This document shows positions 25,700 through 37,870 of a stretch of DNA of 64,000 nucleotides, in pieces. Position numbers and translations under genes: made by a program. Below the pieces are notes generated by a model that saw nothing but the letters and a program-made list of their open reading frames with translations, had not been told where the DNA came from and made no database searches. The stretch is taken from the NCBI GenBank assembly GCA_028534125.1, contig CM052816.1, positions 95,420,001 through 95,484,000 of the forward strand. The letters are read 5' to 3'. Numbering within the stretch: the stretch's first letter is position 1; the number at the start of each line of letters is the position of its first letter. Source of the stretch: Lama glama. Taxonomy: Eukaryota.

Positions 25700-25965
25700 A
25701 TCACCAGATACGAGGTTCATTTGCCAGATGTGGAGACAGAGGCTGAGATGCGGAGGTTTGCAGCAAAGAAAGGTTTGTTCAGAAGACAGTCAAGCGAGGA
25801 GACTGGAGAACAAGTCTCAAATCTGCATCCTCGAAGGCTAAGGGCTTAAAACATCTGTGGGGTAAAAAGTCAGGATGTCCTGGGCTGTGGGGAAAGATAT
25901 GGGAGACAAGAGAAAGGTCAAGGAATCGGTGTTCTGAGAAGGAGTGTTTTGAGTTCCATGCTTCT
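25700..25965 (-). mobile_element. ERV1-class LTR fragment
   Basis: gagatgcggaggtttgcagcaaagaaaggttt...caagcgaggagactggagaacaagtctcaaatctgc resembles laurasiatherian ERV1 LTR ends. Confidence 0.5.
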
Positions 25966-26809
25966 TCTCACTGCCTGACAATCTTGTGTGGCCTTTCTAC
26001 AACAGTTCTATCAGCAATGCAATACAATTGACCCCTGAAATATGAGGAGGTTAGGGGTGCCAGCCCCACTCCCACCCCACCCTGCTGTCAAAAATCCGCA
26101 CATTGAGAAACAACTCACCCAAGGGCAGGAAGCTGAAACTGTGGATAGCATCAGGACTGGAGTCCTAGCTCTTTTGATTCCACATGCTGTGATCTCTAAT
26201 CAAACACAGACTTTTTCCCAGACTAAGTTGTACCACATGGTACAAGAGTTTCAGTGAAGGAACCAAGTAATCAAATATAACACCACTCATGGTGGAACAT
26301 CTAACATTATGTACCTGCTGATGAACTAGAACATGAAGTTCTTCAAACAACCTATAAACACTCTTGTCAAAAATGTTGAAGTTCATCAACCCTCTAAACT
26401 TTTCTGTAAACTTCGAGTTCACAGGAAATACAGGGGAGTGTAATTAAATGGGCACTGTATCAGTTAGCTATTGCTGAGTAACAAATTACCCCAGAACTGA
26501 GCTACTTAAACAACCATGAACAGTAATTCACACAGTGGTCCAAGAGAAAGCTAGGAGAAAGCCACCATGCCTTGTGTGACCTGGTCTCAGAAGGCACAAG
26601 TTGTAAATTTTGCCACATTCTCTTTATTGAAAGGGAGTCAGTAAGTACAGCCCACACTCAAAGGGAGGTTCCACCACTTGACATGGGAGAATTCAACAAT
26701 TTGTGAACATATTTAAAAATCACTGCTGGGGTTATTTGAGTTTAAAAGAGATAAAGAAACCAAAAGCACTATGTGAATCTTGATTGGATCCTAGATTTTT
26801 TTCAAAAGT

Positions 26810-27150
26810 CATGTAAGTGTGTTAGCATTACTCAAGTAGACTTCAGGACAAAGAATATTGTCAGAGGTAAAGGGAACTATTTTATTATGATAAAAAGATT
26901 CTCAATAGAAAAATATAAAAATCTTAAGTGTGCATCTCGTGAAAAGAGCTTCAAATACAAGAAGGAAACATTGACAGGACTGAAAGGAGAAATAAACAAG
27001 TCTACAATTATAGGTGGTGAGATTTAGATGAACATTGCTCTCTCAGGATGTTTATTTACTGATAAGAAAAAGTAAACAAAAATTAGTAAAGGTATAGACA
27101 ATTTAAATAGCATTATCAACAAATTTTATCTAACAGACATTTACAGATTG
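26810..27150 (+). mobile_element. L1 ORF2 endonuclease-domain fragment
   Basis: Translation VDFRTKNIVRGKGNYFIMIK...ETLTGLKGEINKSTIIGG matches the L1 ORF2p endonuclease region. Confidence 0.75.
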
Positions 27151-27151
27151 C

Positions 27152-27187
27152 AAGAAAGAAAGAGAGAGAAAGGAAAGAAAGAAAGGA

Positions 27188-27259
<72 letters not shown>

Positions 27260-27272
27260 AAAGAAAAAGAAA
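27152..27272 (+). repeat. (GAAA)n microsatellite
   Basis: ~120 bp GAAA tandem array with imperfect ends. Confidence 0.95.
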
Positions 27273-28319
27273 GCCAGCCAGCCATATAGGCCATTTTGAG
27301 GACAATTGGAAAAACTTGAATATGAAATAAATATTAGATGGATTAGAGAGTTATTAACACTTTCCATAGCCGTGACAGTGGCATTGTGGTGATGTGGAAG
27401 AAAGTTTTTATTGTTAGAGGAGCACACAAGAGTATTGAGCGATGACATGTCATGATGTCTGCAACTTAGTTTTAAACAGGTCAGAATAAAAAGAGATAAA
27501 ACAAATGAGACAAAATATTAGCACTTGAATCTTAGTAGAGTATAAATGTATTCCTTATATTAATTCTTGATTTTTTCACACTTTCAAAAATTTTCACAAT
27601 AAAATTAGATAAATATATTAGGATAGTTTGGTGTCAAATTAGGGGTGAGGTCAGATTCAAGGCTGAGGAATTAGATTGTCATCCTTCGTTTGCCCAGAAG
27701 GAAAATTGGAACATCTACTTTTAAATAAACACTTTTCCTTTGTCTCGTATTCCTGGCAAGTGAGTACCACATTAGCTTCAAGGAACTCTCTTCCTGAAGA
27801 AGACACAGGAAGAAATACCTGACATATATTGTGAGGCTCCCTCTGCTAAACCAGACAACAAGGCCGCTTTGAAGACACTCAAGAACGTAGGAGAAGCGGA
27901 GCAAATCAGAAATGGGTGTCAAGGAGAAAAGCTAGTGTAACTTACAAAAAGAAGAAATTCCAGGGCCTTCGGTGAAAGTCTCAGAAGGAAGAAGGGCGGA
28001 GAGATGCAGGTGGAGAAGGAGAGCCCCTCAGACTTCCAGCCTAGGATTTCAGGAAAACCACCAAGAAGCCTGGAAGAAAAGCAAGGGAGTATTGTGTTTG
28101 ATGTCAACAAACAAAAGATCTCAGGATGATGCCATTGTAGGCAGAAGGAGAGGGCATCCGGAGGGAAAGAACCAGACTTGGGTTTCTACCATAAGAGAAG
28201 CCAGTTGAAGCCTAAGCCATTTTGTGATCTAAGCCTGGCTAATGTCTGCCCCTGAGGAGGCCAGGGAATTCACTCCATCATATTGGAAACAATGCATCAG
28301 TGGTAAAGACTCCCGGTTC

Positions 28320-28748
28320 TGTTCAAAGATAAAGATTAGTCATAACACACATTCTTGAGCCCTCTTGCAGGATCCAGACCCCCTCCAGCACTCCACCACC
28401 AGACTAACTGGAACCTAGGGAATGATGATGCTGACCTCTGCTGACCTTCAAGACTGAATCAACTAGAGCCTGGACTCTGTCAGTCTTTGCCCCAGTTCTA
28501 TGCTGAATTCTCCCCTGCTCAAGCCCCTTCATGAATATGCACACACCACCCAAGCTCCTTCATGAATATGCATGCACCCTTGGCTTAAAACTTCCCCAAT
28601 GTTGCTGTTCAGGGAGACATTGCTTTGGGCAGTATCCCCATGTTCTTCTTGCTGCAAATGATAAATCCTATGCTTCCCTGCTCCTTGGCTTGGTTGTGTC
28701 TTTTGACTTGACATTTTCCAAGAGGAGAACCCATTTTGTGGGTAATAC
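28320..28748 (+). mobile_element. ERV solo LTR
   Basis: TG start; tandem cttcatgaatatgca motifs; ggcttaaaa TATA-like box; ttcagggagacattgctttggg R-like region; gaacccattttgtgggtaata end. Confidence 0.6.
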
Positions 28749-29816
28749 CTTCAAAACAAGCCTACCTCCTCTACTTTAGAGTACCCAAAGGAAATCCTGC
28801 ATATTAGAATCTGAGATTAATGATAAAATAAGTTAATAAGCATTATTTCAACATCCCATAATGATTTAATAAATGAGTGACACCAAAACATTTCATCCAT
28901 TTGATAACATGTGGTGTTATTTTTAGCAACTAGGTATTGATCTAAAAGTCACCTTTTATTGAAGTACATTAGAAGCAAGCAGATAAAGTCAGCATACGGG
29001 ATTACAATCCAATGGCAAGACTATTCTGGATAAAAGAATGTTAAGAAAAAAGAGAATCTCAAAACTTGGAAATAGAAAAGGGATGACTTAGTGGCCTGTT
29101 TTTTCAGCATCATGCTGGGGGGCTTTGTCTAACATGCTATGACCATGTGTGCTCCTTCATTTCAGGCTATTTAAGATTAATTAAAATGCTTTACAACTCC
29201 ATGAGAAAAGGTGATAACATATACAAAACAGATAGTGAAGCAAATGATTCTTATCTGCTAGTAACTGAGATTAATTTTGTCTGGTAAAGATGCAAATGAT
29301 TTCTGCCTGGCAGCAAAGATCATCAAAAAGGTTTTGATTATAAGTTTTATTTTCTTGGAGGTTATTAACTAGTTTCTTAAAAATCTAACTTAGCAATCAT
29401 TTTCTAATGCCTATAAATACTCAGTTTCTCAAAGTTTCTTTTAACCAGCCATCTTGTTTCTTCCCTCATTACTGTGTTAATTAAATATTTAATATCTAGA
29501 TCCTTATGTTTATAGGAGACTCAGGTTTTGCCTTTTAAAAAATCCTACTTTGAAAACAAACTTGAAAAACATAACATCAAATGCAATATATGGACCTTGT
29601 TTAGATCCTGTTCTCCAACAAACCAGTTGTAAAGACATTTTTAGGGAAATGGAGGACATTTATAAGTTGGTCTAAGTATTAGATAATATGAAGGAATAAT
29701 TGTTAATTTTGTTAGATGTTAAGATGTCATTGTGTATGAAGGAAAAGATTATATATGTGTATATATTTAAGTTATTAGTTATCTAGTGCTGCATAACAAA
29801 TTAGCCCAAATTATTC

Positions 29817-31530
29817 TATTTTAAATGTAGGTTTTATTATTATTTATGTATGTCAAGTCTAGTAAGTCAGATGACTATCATTTAAAAAATATATGTTTTA
29901 TACACATACATCCTAAGAGAAGGGAGTTCACCAAACCACACCACACCACAGGTGGGCTACATGGGGAAGCACCTGGATCAGTCAGGAGGCAGAAGGACTG
30001 AGGGGAACATGTGGACAGGAGCTTTTATTGTGGTTTCTATGGGAAGGAACAGACAAGGCAGGGAAAGCTGGCTTAGAATCGGCTGGCCTGGATAATTGTG
30101 GTGGGTTCTGGGGCGTAGGGACTATCTCCAGTTGTCTGGTACCTGGCCACATGGTGACTAGTGCAGGTAGACAGTGGCCCAGAGTGTCAGAGCCCGATAG
30201 AGCAGGTGGCTGGGGTGTGGGCTCTGGGGTAGTTGGTTTGCTTGTGAAAGGCATGTTCTTTTTTGTTGTTGTTAATTTTTAATTTTTATACAATTTACAG
30301 TTATTACAAAATATTGGCTATATTCCCCGTATTGTACAGTACACCCTTGTAGCCTACCTTATACCCAATAGTTCGTACCTCCCACCTCCCCATCCCTGTA
30401 TTCTCCCTCCTCCCCTCCCCACTGGTAACCACTAGTTTGTTCTCTATATCTGTGACTCTGCTTCTTTTTTGTTATATGCACTAGTTTATTGTATTTTTTA
30501 GATTCCATATATAAGTGGTATAATACACTATTTGTCTTTCTCTGTCTGACTTATTTCACTTAGCATAATGCCCTCCAAGTCCATCCATGTTGCTGCAAAT
30601 GGCAAAATTTTGTTCTTTTATATGGCTGAGTAGTATTCCATTGTGTGTGTGTGTGTGTGTGTGTGTGTCTATGTGTGTATCACATCTTTTAAAAAATATT
30701 TTTATAGACGTATAGTCAGTTTACAATGTTGTGTCAGTTTCTGGTGCACAGCACAATACTTCAGTCATATAGGAACATACATATATTTGTTTTCATATTC
30801 TCTTTCACTTTAGTTACTACAAGATTTTGAATATAGTTCCCTGTGCTATACAGAATAAACCTGCTCATCTATTTTATATATAGTAGTTAGTATCTGCAAA
30901 TCTCAAACTCCCAATTTATCCCTTCCCACACCTTTCCACGTCTGGTAACCGTAAGTTTGTTGAGTTTGTTTCTGCTTTGTAAATAAGTTCATTAGTCTTT
31001 TTTTTTTTCTTTTAGAGTCCACATTATACGACATCTTCTTTATCCATTCATCCATTGATGGACACTTAGGTTTTTTCCATATCTTGGCAGTTGTAAATAA
31101 TGCACTGGGAGGCATGCATCTTTTCAAATTAGTGTTTTTGTTTCCTTCAGATATATACTCAGGAGTGGAATTGCTGGGTCATATGTTAGTTCTACTTTTA
31201 GTTTTCTGAGCAACCTCCATACTGTTTTCCTCAGTGGCTGCACCAGCTTACATTCCCACCAACGGTGTAAGAGAGTTCCCTTTTCCCCACGTCCTCACCA
31301 ACATTTGCTATTTGTGTTCTTTTTGATGATGGCCGTTTTGACAGGTGTGAGATGATACTCATTGTGCTTTTGATTTGCATTTCCCTGATGACTAGTGACG
31401 TGGAGCATCTTTTCACGTGTGCAAGAAAGGCACATTCTTTCCCTGGGAATTGGTAACCGTGGGAGAGACAGTCTTTCCAGGGTCAGCAAGGCCCCAGAGA
31501 TCAAAACATCAGAAACACATGGTTAATACA
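29817..31530 (-). mobile_element. ERVL LTR (MER74A-like) split by an L1
   Basis: Reverse strand matches recalled MER74 motifs (ctggggccttgctgaccctgga; ccaggtaccagacaactggagatag; ccacaataaaagctc; aataataaaacctacatttaaaa). Confidence 0.7.
30262..31424 (-). mobile_element. L1 3' portion containing (TG)n and a nested younger L1 3' end (~30688-31030)
   Basis: ORF2 C-terminal peptides ([40 protein letters not shown]); outer TSD at 30246-30261 and 31425-31440; inner element flanked by acatctt. Confidence 0.85.
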
Positions 31531-32227
31531 CATAGTGACTTTAAAAAAATGTAGTATTTCATACAGCTTCTGCGAGTCAGGCATCTGGGAGTGGCTGTGC
31601 CAGGTGGTTCTGGTTCAGGGCCTCTCAGGAGGTTACCATCCAGATGCCGGCCAGACCGCAGTCATCTGAAACTTGACTGGGCTAGAGGATCTGTGTCCAA
31701 GAGGGCCCAGGCGGCTTGTTTTCCCTTTGTTGGAAAGAAGCCTCTGTTCATTGCTGACTTTGGCCAACAGCCTCAGTTCTTCACCACATGGGCCTCTTCA
31801 TAGGGCTGTTGGCTTCTCCCAGAGAAAATGATCTAACAGTGCGAAAGAGAGATAGGGCACACCTAGAAAAATACATTAATATCAGAAGTGACCTACCACC
31901 GCTCCCCCGGTGTGCCTCTGCTCAGGCAGACTCACTGTGGTCCGCTGTGGGGGAAGGACTACAGAGAGTGCACACCCCAGGAGGTGGGACTCACTGGAGG
32001 CCAACTTGCAGACCGCCACAGTCCCCCAAAGATTCATACCCTTTCTACACACGGAGTATAGTCCACCCCTTCCTCAGTCCCCGGGAATTTCATCCTATTA
32101 TAACATCTGCTCAGTATCCAGAATCTCATAATGTAAATCAGGTCTGAGTCTTATTGTAGTTCCTTAAATCCAGTTCTTCCAGTACTGTTCTTCTTGACAA
32201 ATTATCTGCCCACCAACCCTGACCAAA

Positions 32228-32590
32228 TCAGTCAGCTCGGGCTGCTGTAACAAAATACCACAGGCTAGGGGCTTACACAACAGACATTTATGCCTCGCAG
32301 TGCTGCAGGCTGGAAGTCGAAGATCAGGGCACCAGTGTGACTGAGTTCTGGTGAGGACACTCCCCCTGGCTTGGAGCTAGCTGCCTTTTACTGTATACTT
32401 ACACGACAGAGAGAGCGAGAACTAGTTCTCTGGTCCCCTTATAATGGTCCTAATTCCATCATGAGAACTCCACCTTCATGACCGCATCTAAACCTAACTA
32501 CCTCCAAAGACTCCACCCCCAAATACCATCACGTTGGGGGTTAGGGCTCCAACATGAACTTGCAGGAGACACAAATAGTCAGTTCGTAGC
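32228..32590 (-). mobile_element. MaLR LTR (MLT1A-like)
   Basis: agtcagctcgggctgctgtaacaaaataccacaggct...ccaaataccatcacgttgggggttagggct...agttcgtagca. Confidence 0.75.
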
Positions 32591-32775
32591 ACCCTCCTCC
32601 ACTGAACACACAATGGGACAGGCGTGGAATAACCACTCTGGGCCCTTCTGATCAAAAAGGGAGAATGTGAGAGCAGGAGGAAGTCGCTGGTCCGTATCGA
32701 CCCAAGCAAACGCCATTAAGTTCCTTAATTAGGGCTCGAGGCTAGGATGCCCTGCTCCAAGGCTCCCAGCTGCCC

Positions 32776-33275
32776 NNNNNNNNNNNNNNNNNNNNNNNNN
32801 NNNNNNNNNNNNNNNNNNNNNNNNNNNNNNNNNNNNNNNNNNNNNNNNNNNNNNNNNNNNNNNNNNNNNNNNNNNNNNNNNNNNNNNNNNNNNNNNNNNN
32901 NNNNNNNNNNNNNNNNNNNNNNNNNNNNNNNNNNNNNNNNNNNNNNNNNNNNNNNNNNNNNNNNNNNNNNNNNNNNNNNNNNNNNNNNNNNNNNNNNNNN
33001 NNNNNNNNNNNNNNNNNNNNNNNNNNNNNNNNNNNNNNNNNNNNNNNNNNNNNNNNNNNNNNNNNNNNNNNNNNNNNNNNNNNNNNNNNNNNNNNNNNNN
33101 NNNNNNNNNNNNNNNNNNNNNNNNNNNNNNNNNNNNNNNNNNNNNNNNNNNNNNNNNNNNNNNNNNNNNNNNNNNNNNNNNNNNNNNNNNNNNNNNNNNN
33201 NNNNNNNNNNNNNNNNNNNNNNNNNNNNNNNNNNNNNNNNNNNNNNNNNNNNNNNNNNNNNNNNNNNNNNNNNNN
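32776..33275. other. Assembly gap (500 N)
   Basis: Run of N. Confidence 0.99.
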
Positions 33276-33471
33276 ACCATCACTATTTCTGTATTAGACT
33301 GATCACACAGACCAACCCTGTACAATGTGGGAGGGGACTCTCATAGCTGTGAAAGCCCAGAGACAGGGCATATTAGGGGTCATCTTGGAGGCTGACGACC
33401 ACACAATTATTTAAGGGTGAAATGTCATGTAGTCTATAATTTACACACTTCAGCAAAAACAGAAATGAATG

Positions 33472-34035
33472 CACTCCAATGTTCAAAGAAACACTATATA
33501 CAATAGCCAAGACATGGAAGCAACATAAATGTCCACTGACAGATGACTGGATAAAGAAGTTGTGGTATATTTATACAATGGAATACTACACAGCCATACA
33601 AAAGAATAAAATAATGCCATTTGCAGCACATAGTTGGACATAGAGATTGTCATTCTAAGTGAAGTAAGCCAGAAAGAGAAAGAAAAATACCATATGATAT
33701 CACTCATAGGTGGAATCTAAAAAAAAAAGGACACTATGAATTCATCTACAAAACAGAAACAGACTCACAGACATCGTAAACAATCTTTTGGTTACCAGGG
33801 AAAGTGGGTAGGAAGGGATAAATTTGGGAGTTTGAGATTTACAAATGTTAGCCACTATATATAAAAATAAATTTTAAAAGTTTCTTCTGTATACCACAGG
33901 GAACTATATTCAATATCATGTAATAACCTTTAATAAAAATATGAAAATGAATATATGTATGTATATGCATGGCTGGGAAGTTATGCTGTACATCAGAAAT
34001 TGACACATTGTAACTGACTGTACTTCAATTTTAAA
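33472..34035 (+). mobile_element. Lineage-young L1 3' end, same subfamily as 17254-18120
   Basis: ORF2 end plus 3'UTR closely matching the reverse complement of the 17.3-17.8 kb copy; perfect 17-bp TSD aaaaacagaaatgaatg at 33455-33471 and 34036-34052. Confidence 0.9.
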
Positions 34036-34497
34036 AAAAACAGAAATGAATGAAGCAAATTTAGCAAAATAGTAACAATAATTCTACCTAGGTTTGGCAT
34101 ATGTGGGAATCTACTGTGCTTTTCTTTCTATTTGTCCACATATTTGTAAGTTTTCATAGTAAAGAGTGGAAAAAGAAAGCTAATTTAGGCATTCTGTCTT
34201 GGAGGGGTACAAGATGGCTCCCTGGCTGAAGAATCTTCTGGAAACCAGCTGTCTTTTCTACCCAGCCCTCTGACCTGCCTCCCGCAGCAACGCCTGCTCT
34301 GCACCCAGAGCTCAGTGCTTTCCCAGATGACTGCCTGCAGTGCATTCACGGGGTAGGGCGTGAGCAAGCAAGCCCGACAGAAGACCTGCAATCTGTTCTC
34401 CCTCAGGTATCGCTGGGAGATGTTCTCAAACACACCAGAACTTTTTCTGATTTTGTTCCAAAATTTCTTTAGAGGAACAGTTCCATGGGATACTTTT

Positions 34498-34689
34498 CCT
34501 GACCTTGCCTTCAAGGTCAGGGTTAATCACAGGGCTTGAGCTGAGTCAGCAGTCTTGTTTAACTTTGCCTTTGCCCCGTTTGTTAATTCAGCTTGGGTTC
34601 ACTCAGTCCCTGGAACTGAGTTCCTTATTTCATAATAAAAAAATAAAACTACCTTGGAGGGATAACCAGCTGTCATCCTGCTGAGTCAC
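34498..34689. promoter_or_regulatory. Candidate enhancer: palindromic ER8 nuclear-receptor element plus two MARE/ARE sites
   Basis: TGACCT-n8-AGGTCA at 34500-34519; GCTGAGTCAGCA at 34540-34551; TGCTGAGTCAC at 34679-34689. Motif evidence only. Confidence 0.45.
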
Positions 34690-35374
34690 AGCTCTTTAAT
34701 TTATTAAGGAACTCTGTGAAACCCTAGTATTCATTTACGCTGAGTTTCTACAAAAATGGAACTTAAAAAAAATTTTTTTTAGAGCCAGGGTTAAGTATTA
34801 ACTTGTGTGATGAATTTTCCAGAAGAGTTTGGAACTAAAATTGGTGACGGTGAAAACTGCCATTTTGTGCGTTGCAAGCAGTTTGTGCCTTTTAAGATTG
34901 AATCAAGAATTTATGTTTAGAGCTGGTCGTCAATTTGTTCTGGGAGATAACACTTTCAGTGACTTCTTTTACTTATTCAGATATTTTAAAAAATATCTAC
35001 CCATTATTTTGGAGAAATCCCAAGGCAGTGAAATAATTCAACTGCAGATGTTTCAGACTGGCACGTGAAGGACTCTTTTTAATGTGGAACCAACATATCT
35101 CTAGCGGGATAACCTTTGCACCTTTGCAGTGGGGAGGACTGGAGGGTATCCAGGTACGGTGGGGTGGTTTGTTGATGTGCCCACTTGGCTAGGCTGAGCT
35201 ATACTTCCTAGGATTCCCTTTTATTGTATGTTTCCACTTTGATTGAGCTACTAGGGATATTTTATCCTGAGAGTTGCACCTGCCCTCCTCCAGCCAGGCT
35301 TTTCTTGCTGAAACTATAACATAAATTTATGGAAGATTGACACTGACATGGCCTCTGTAAATTATCTAATTCAA

Positions 35375-35745
35375 CTAGGTCCTAAAATTGTTCCATCCTA
35401 AGAGTCATCTAAGGAGATTTCTTGAAATATGAATTCCTCAGTGCCACCCCTAAAGATTCTGGTTCAGTAGGTCTTAGGCCAGGACATCTGAATTTTACAA
35501 GTTCCTTAAGCGGTTTTGATGGTCAGCAAAGAGGGTTTGCTAGTCACTGTGATTCTGGTCTGGTGATTCCCAAAATATGGACCAAGAGCATCAGCTTCAT
35601 CACCCAGGATCTTGTCAGACACATAAATTCCTAAGGTCCCCCATGGACCTCCTGAATCAGAGGCTCTGTGTTTGGGGTCCAGCACTCTATGGTTTAACAG
35701 ACTCTTCAGGGAATTCTGATGCACACTGAAGTTTCAGAGCCAAAT
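35375..35745. mobile_element. Two adjacent MER5-type hAT-Charlie MITEs
   Basis: cccctaaagattctggttcagtaggtct and gcatcagcttcatcacccagga...cctcctgaatcagaggctctg...gaattctgatgcacactgaagttt. Confidence 0.7.
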
Positions 35746-37449
35746 CTAGTGTAATCCCTCATTTTACAGTTAAGGAAACCTGAGTCTCAAGAGAAGAGAT
35801 ACATCTTCCATTTAGTGTAAGGAGTTAGGAATAGGAGGTATCCACACATTGGCTCAGGTGTTTTAAGGGCAAAACAGTCACAGCCTCTGCCTTGAGAAAT
35901 TTCAGGTTACTACACTTGTGAAAGCAACGTTTTCATCAACTAGAAGATGACACATGATCCAGTGACCCTGTTTGTAGTACAAAATGCCAAAGGAATCTTT
36001 TTTAGGAGCACAGATTAGGGAAAATCAAGAGTTGTGGCACTTAAGCAATCTTCATGGAGAGGAATTCTAAAAGCTGGAAAGGATTTGCATAAATGGAAAG
36101 AGAGAGGGCAGCCCTCTTCCCCCAAGTGGGAAAACCCGCAGGGAGGAAGGGGAAGGGCAAGGAAGATTCCAGCCAGGCTCCTGGGGAAGGTGCAAGTTAA
36201 GACGAAGTGTAGACTGTGGACTGTAGGAGGGATGTGCGAGATAGTTTTAGGAAAACAGTTATAAATTGTTTTTGATTGCTGTGGCAGGGTGCATTTCATC
36301 ATCTAGGGCTGCCTCACAAAATGCGAATCCACAGCACAGCTCTGCCAGTTGAGACTGATCCCGAGGCAACTTTTAAAAAACTTATTTTAAGTACATACAT
36401 AAATTTAACACCGGGCTAGCAAACTTTGGCAAGGCATAGAGTTGTGAATATGAAATCCCTCATATTAATGTGTTAATAAATAACTTAGTAATGATGCTTG
36501 GGGAGCTAAATTTAGCAAATAGAGAAAATGATGTATAATCAGTCACATCTAGTCTTTCCATGTAAGTGGTACTTCCACGATGCTGGAAGATGCTTCGGAA
36601 CAAACAGTCTTATAGAAACAAGTTGTGTTTAATGGAAACTTAGAGGTCACCCCTCCACCCACAAGGCTATCTAATTCTTGTCTTTCAATATTTTGGAGCT
36701 ATTTTACAACCTGTAAGTCGTAGATGATAGACAAGCAAATTCTGTTCTGGCTGATGAGGTTTAATTGCCCTCCTTCCCCATCCTGTGAAAATATGCCTAT
36801 TTTGCCTCCATCTGCATTTTCATTTCAACACTCCTTTACTCCATACCTGCAAGCGCTTTTTAGAAAAGCTTTCTTTTGAACCAGTTTTAACACCTGCCTG
36901 GCTTTCTCATTAATTAATGAGTATTATAAAATCCATAACAACTGTCATTTTTACATCTGTGTGAGCATCAGGATTTTACCTTTTCCTGAAAAATCACCCT
37001 TTAACAGATTAAGTCTCACAAACCTTACCACCCTGGTCTTTTTTATATTATGGATTTGCCATCTCTCTGCAGAAAAGATCTCTTTAGAAAAAGGTCACCT
37101 TCAGTCTGAAGTCACACATTTTCCAATTAGAAATGTCTTAATTAATAAGGTTCTGTCTCTCCGGTCATAAGAATTTTGCTTTAATTATCGTGGCATCAGG
37201 ACACTGCGGGTCCTTTTCTTTCTGTCAGTTCTTTTCCTAATCAACATTTCTTCCTGTTGCCTTTCTTAAACTTCCTCTGTAGCCAACTGAATTGGTTATC
37301 ACAATCTTAGGTGACCAAAATATGTAGAGGGGATGAGGGGGAGGTGAAGTATGACTATGGAATCATTTCTTATTTTTTTTAAATAGCCTCATTTTGATTT
37401 ACAATAATAAGCTACAGATCTCAGGAGCCAGGCACACATGTACATTTCA

Positions 37450-37870
37450 CAGGCGGGCTGTCTCCATCCTCCGGACCTCCCTCCCCCCCTTCCTCCTCCC
37501 TCCTCCCTCCCCTCCCTCCTGGCCTCCCTCCCCGCCCCTCCCTGCGGCTCCAGCCTTCCCGGAGGCTGGGAATCCGGGACCGCCACTGGCCCGCGCGATC
37601 CCGCCGCCCTCCGTCACCGCGTCCACTTCCGTCCCGGAAGGAGGCGCCTCCCACTCGGACGCCCCTGACGGTCTGCCCCGGGTCCCGCGGGGCTGCGGCG
37701 CTGCCCGCTCCGGCCCGGCCTCCTGCGCGCAAGGACGGCGGTCTTCCGGCGGCGGGACGAGGTACGTGCGCCTCGCGCGCCCGCAGGCGCGCCGCAGCCC
37801 GGCTCTGCTCGCGTTTGCGCGTGCGTTTGCAGGAGGCGAAGGCGGCCTTCGCCATGTGCACAGGCAGTGA
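37450..37870 (+). promoter_or_regulatory. CMBL: CMBL CpG island promoter and putative non-coding exon 1 (donor after 37761)
   Basis: CpG island with GC boxes, ETS cores (CACTTCCG ~37624, CCGGAAG ~37634), NRF1-like TGCGCGCA ~37724, and donor GAG|GTACGT at 37761/37762. It is the nearest island upstream of the ATG exon. TSS not determinable. Confidence 0.75.

Larger units (their letters stand above)
29770..33403 (-). mobile_element. MaLR (MLT1) element: LTR + internal region + second LTR, heavily interrupted
   Basis: LTR end at 29770 (ttattagttatctagtgctgcataacaaatt) resumes at ~31531-32020; internal-like sequence 32020-32775; gap; LTR end 33276-33403. Boundaries approximate. Confidence 0.55.

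Noticed and set aside
27116..27448. ORFs with FFLS/KERK repeats
   Set aside because: Translations of the (GAAA)n microsatellite.
32729..33346. ~198-aa ORFs
   Set aside because: Artefacts of reading through the 500-N gap; the same applies to 23394-23621.
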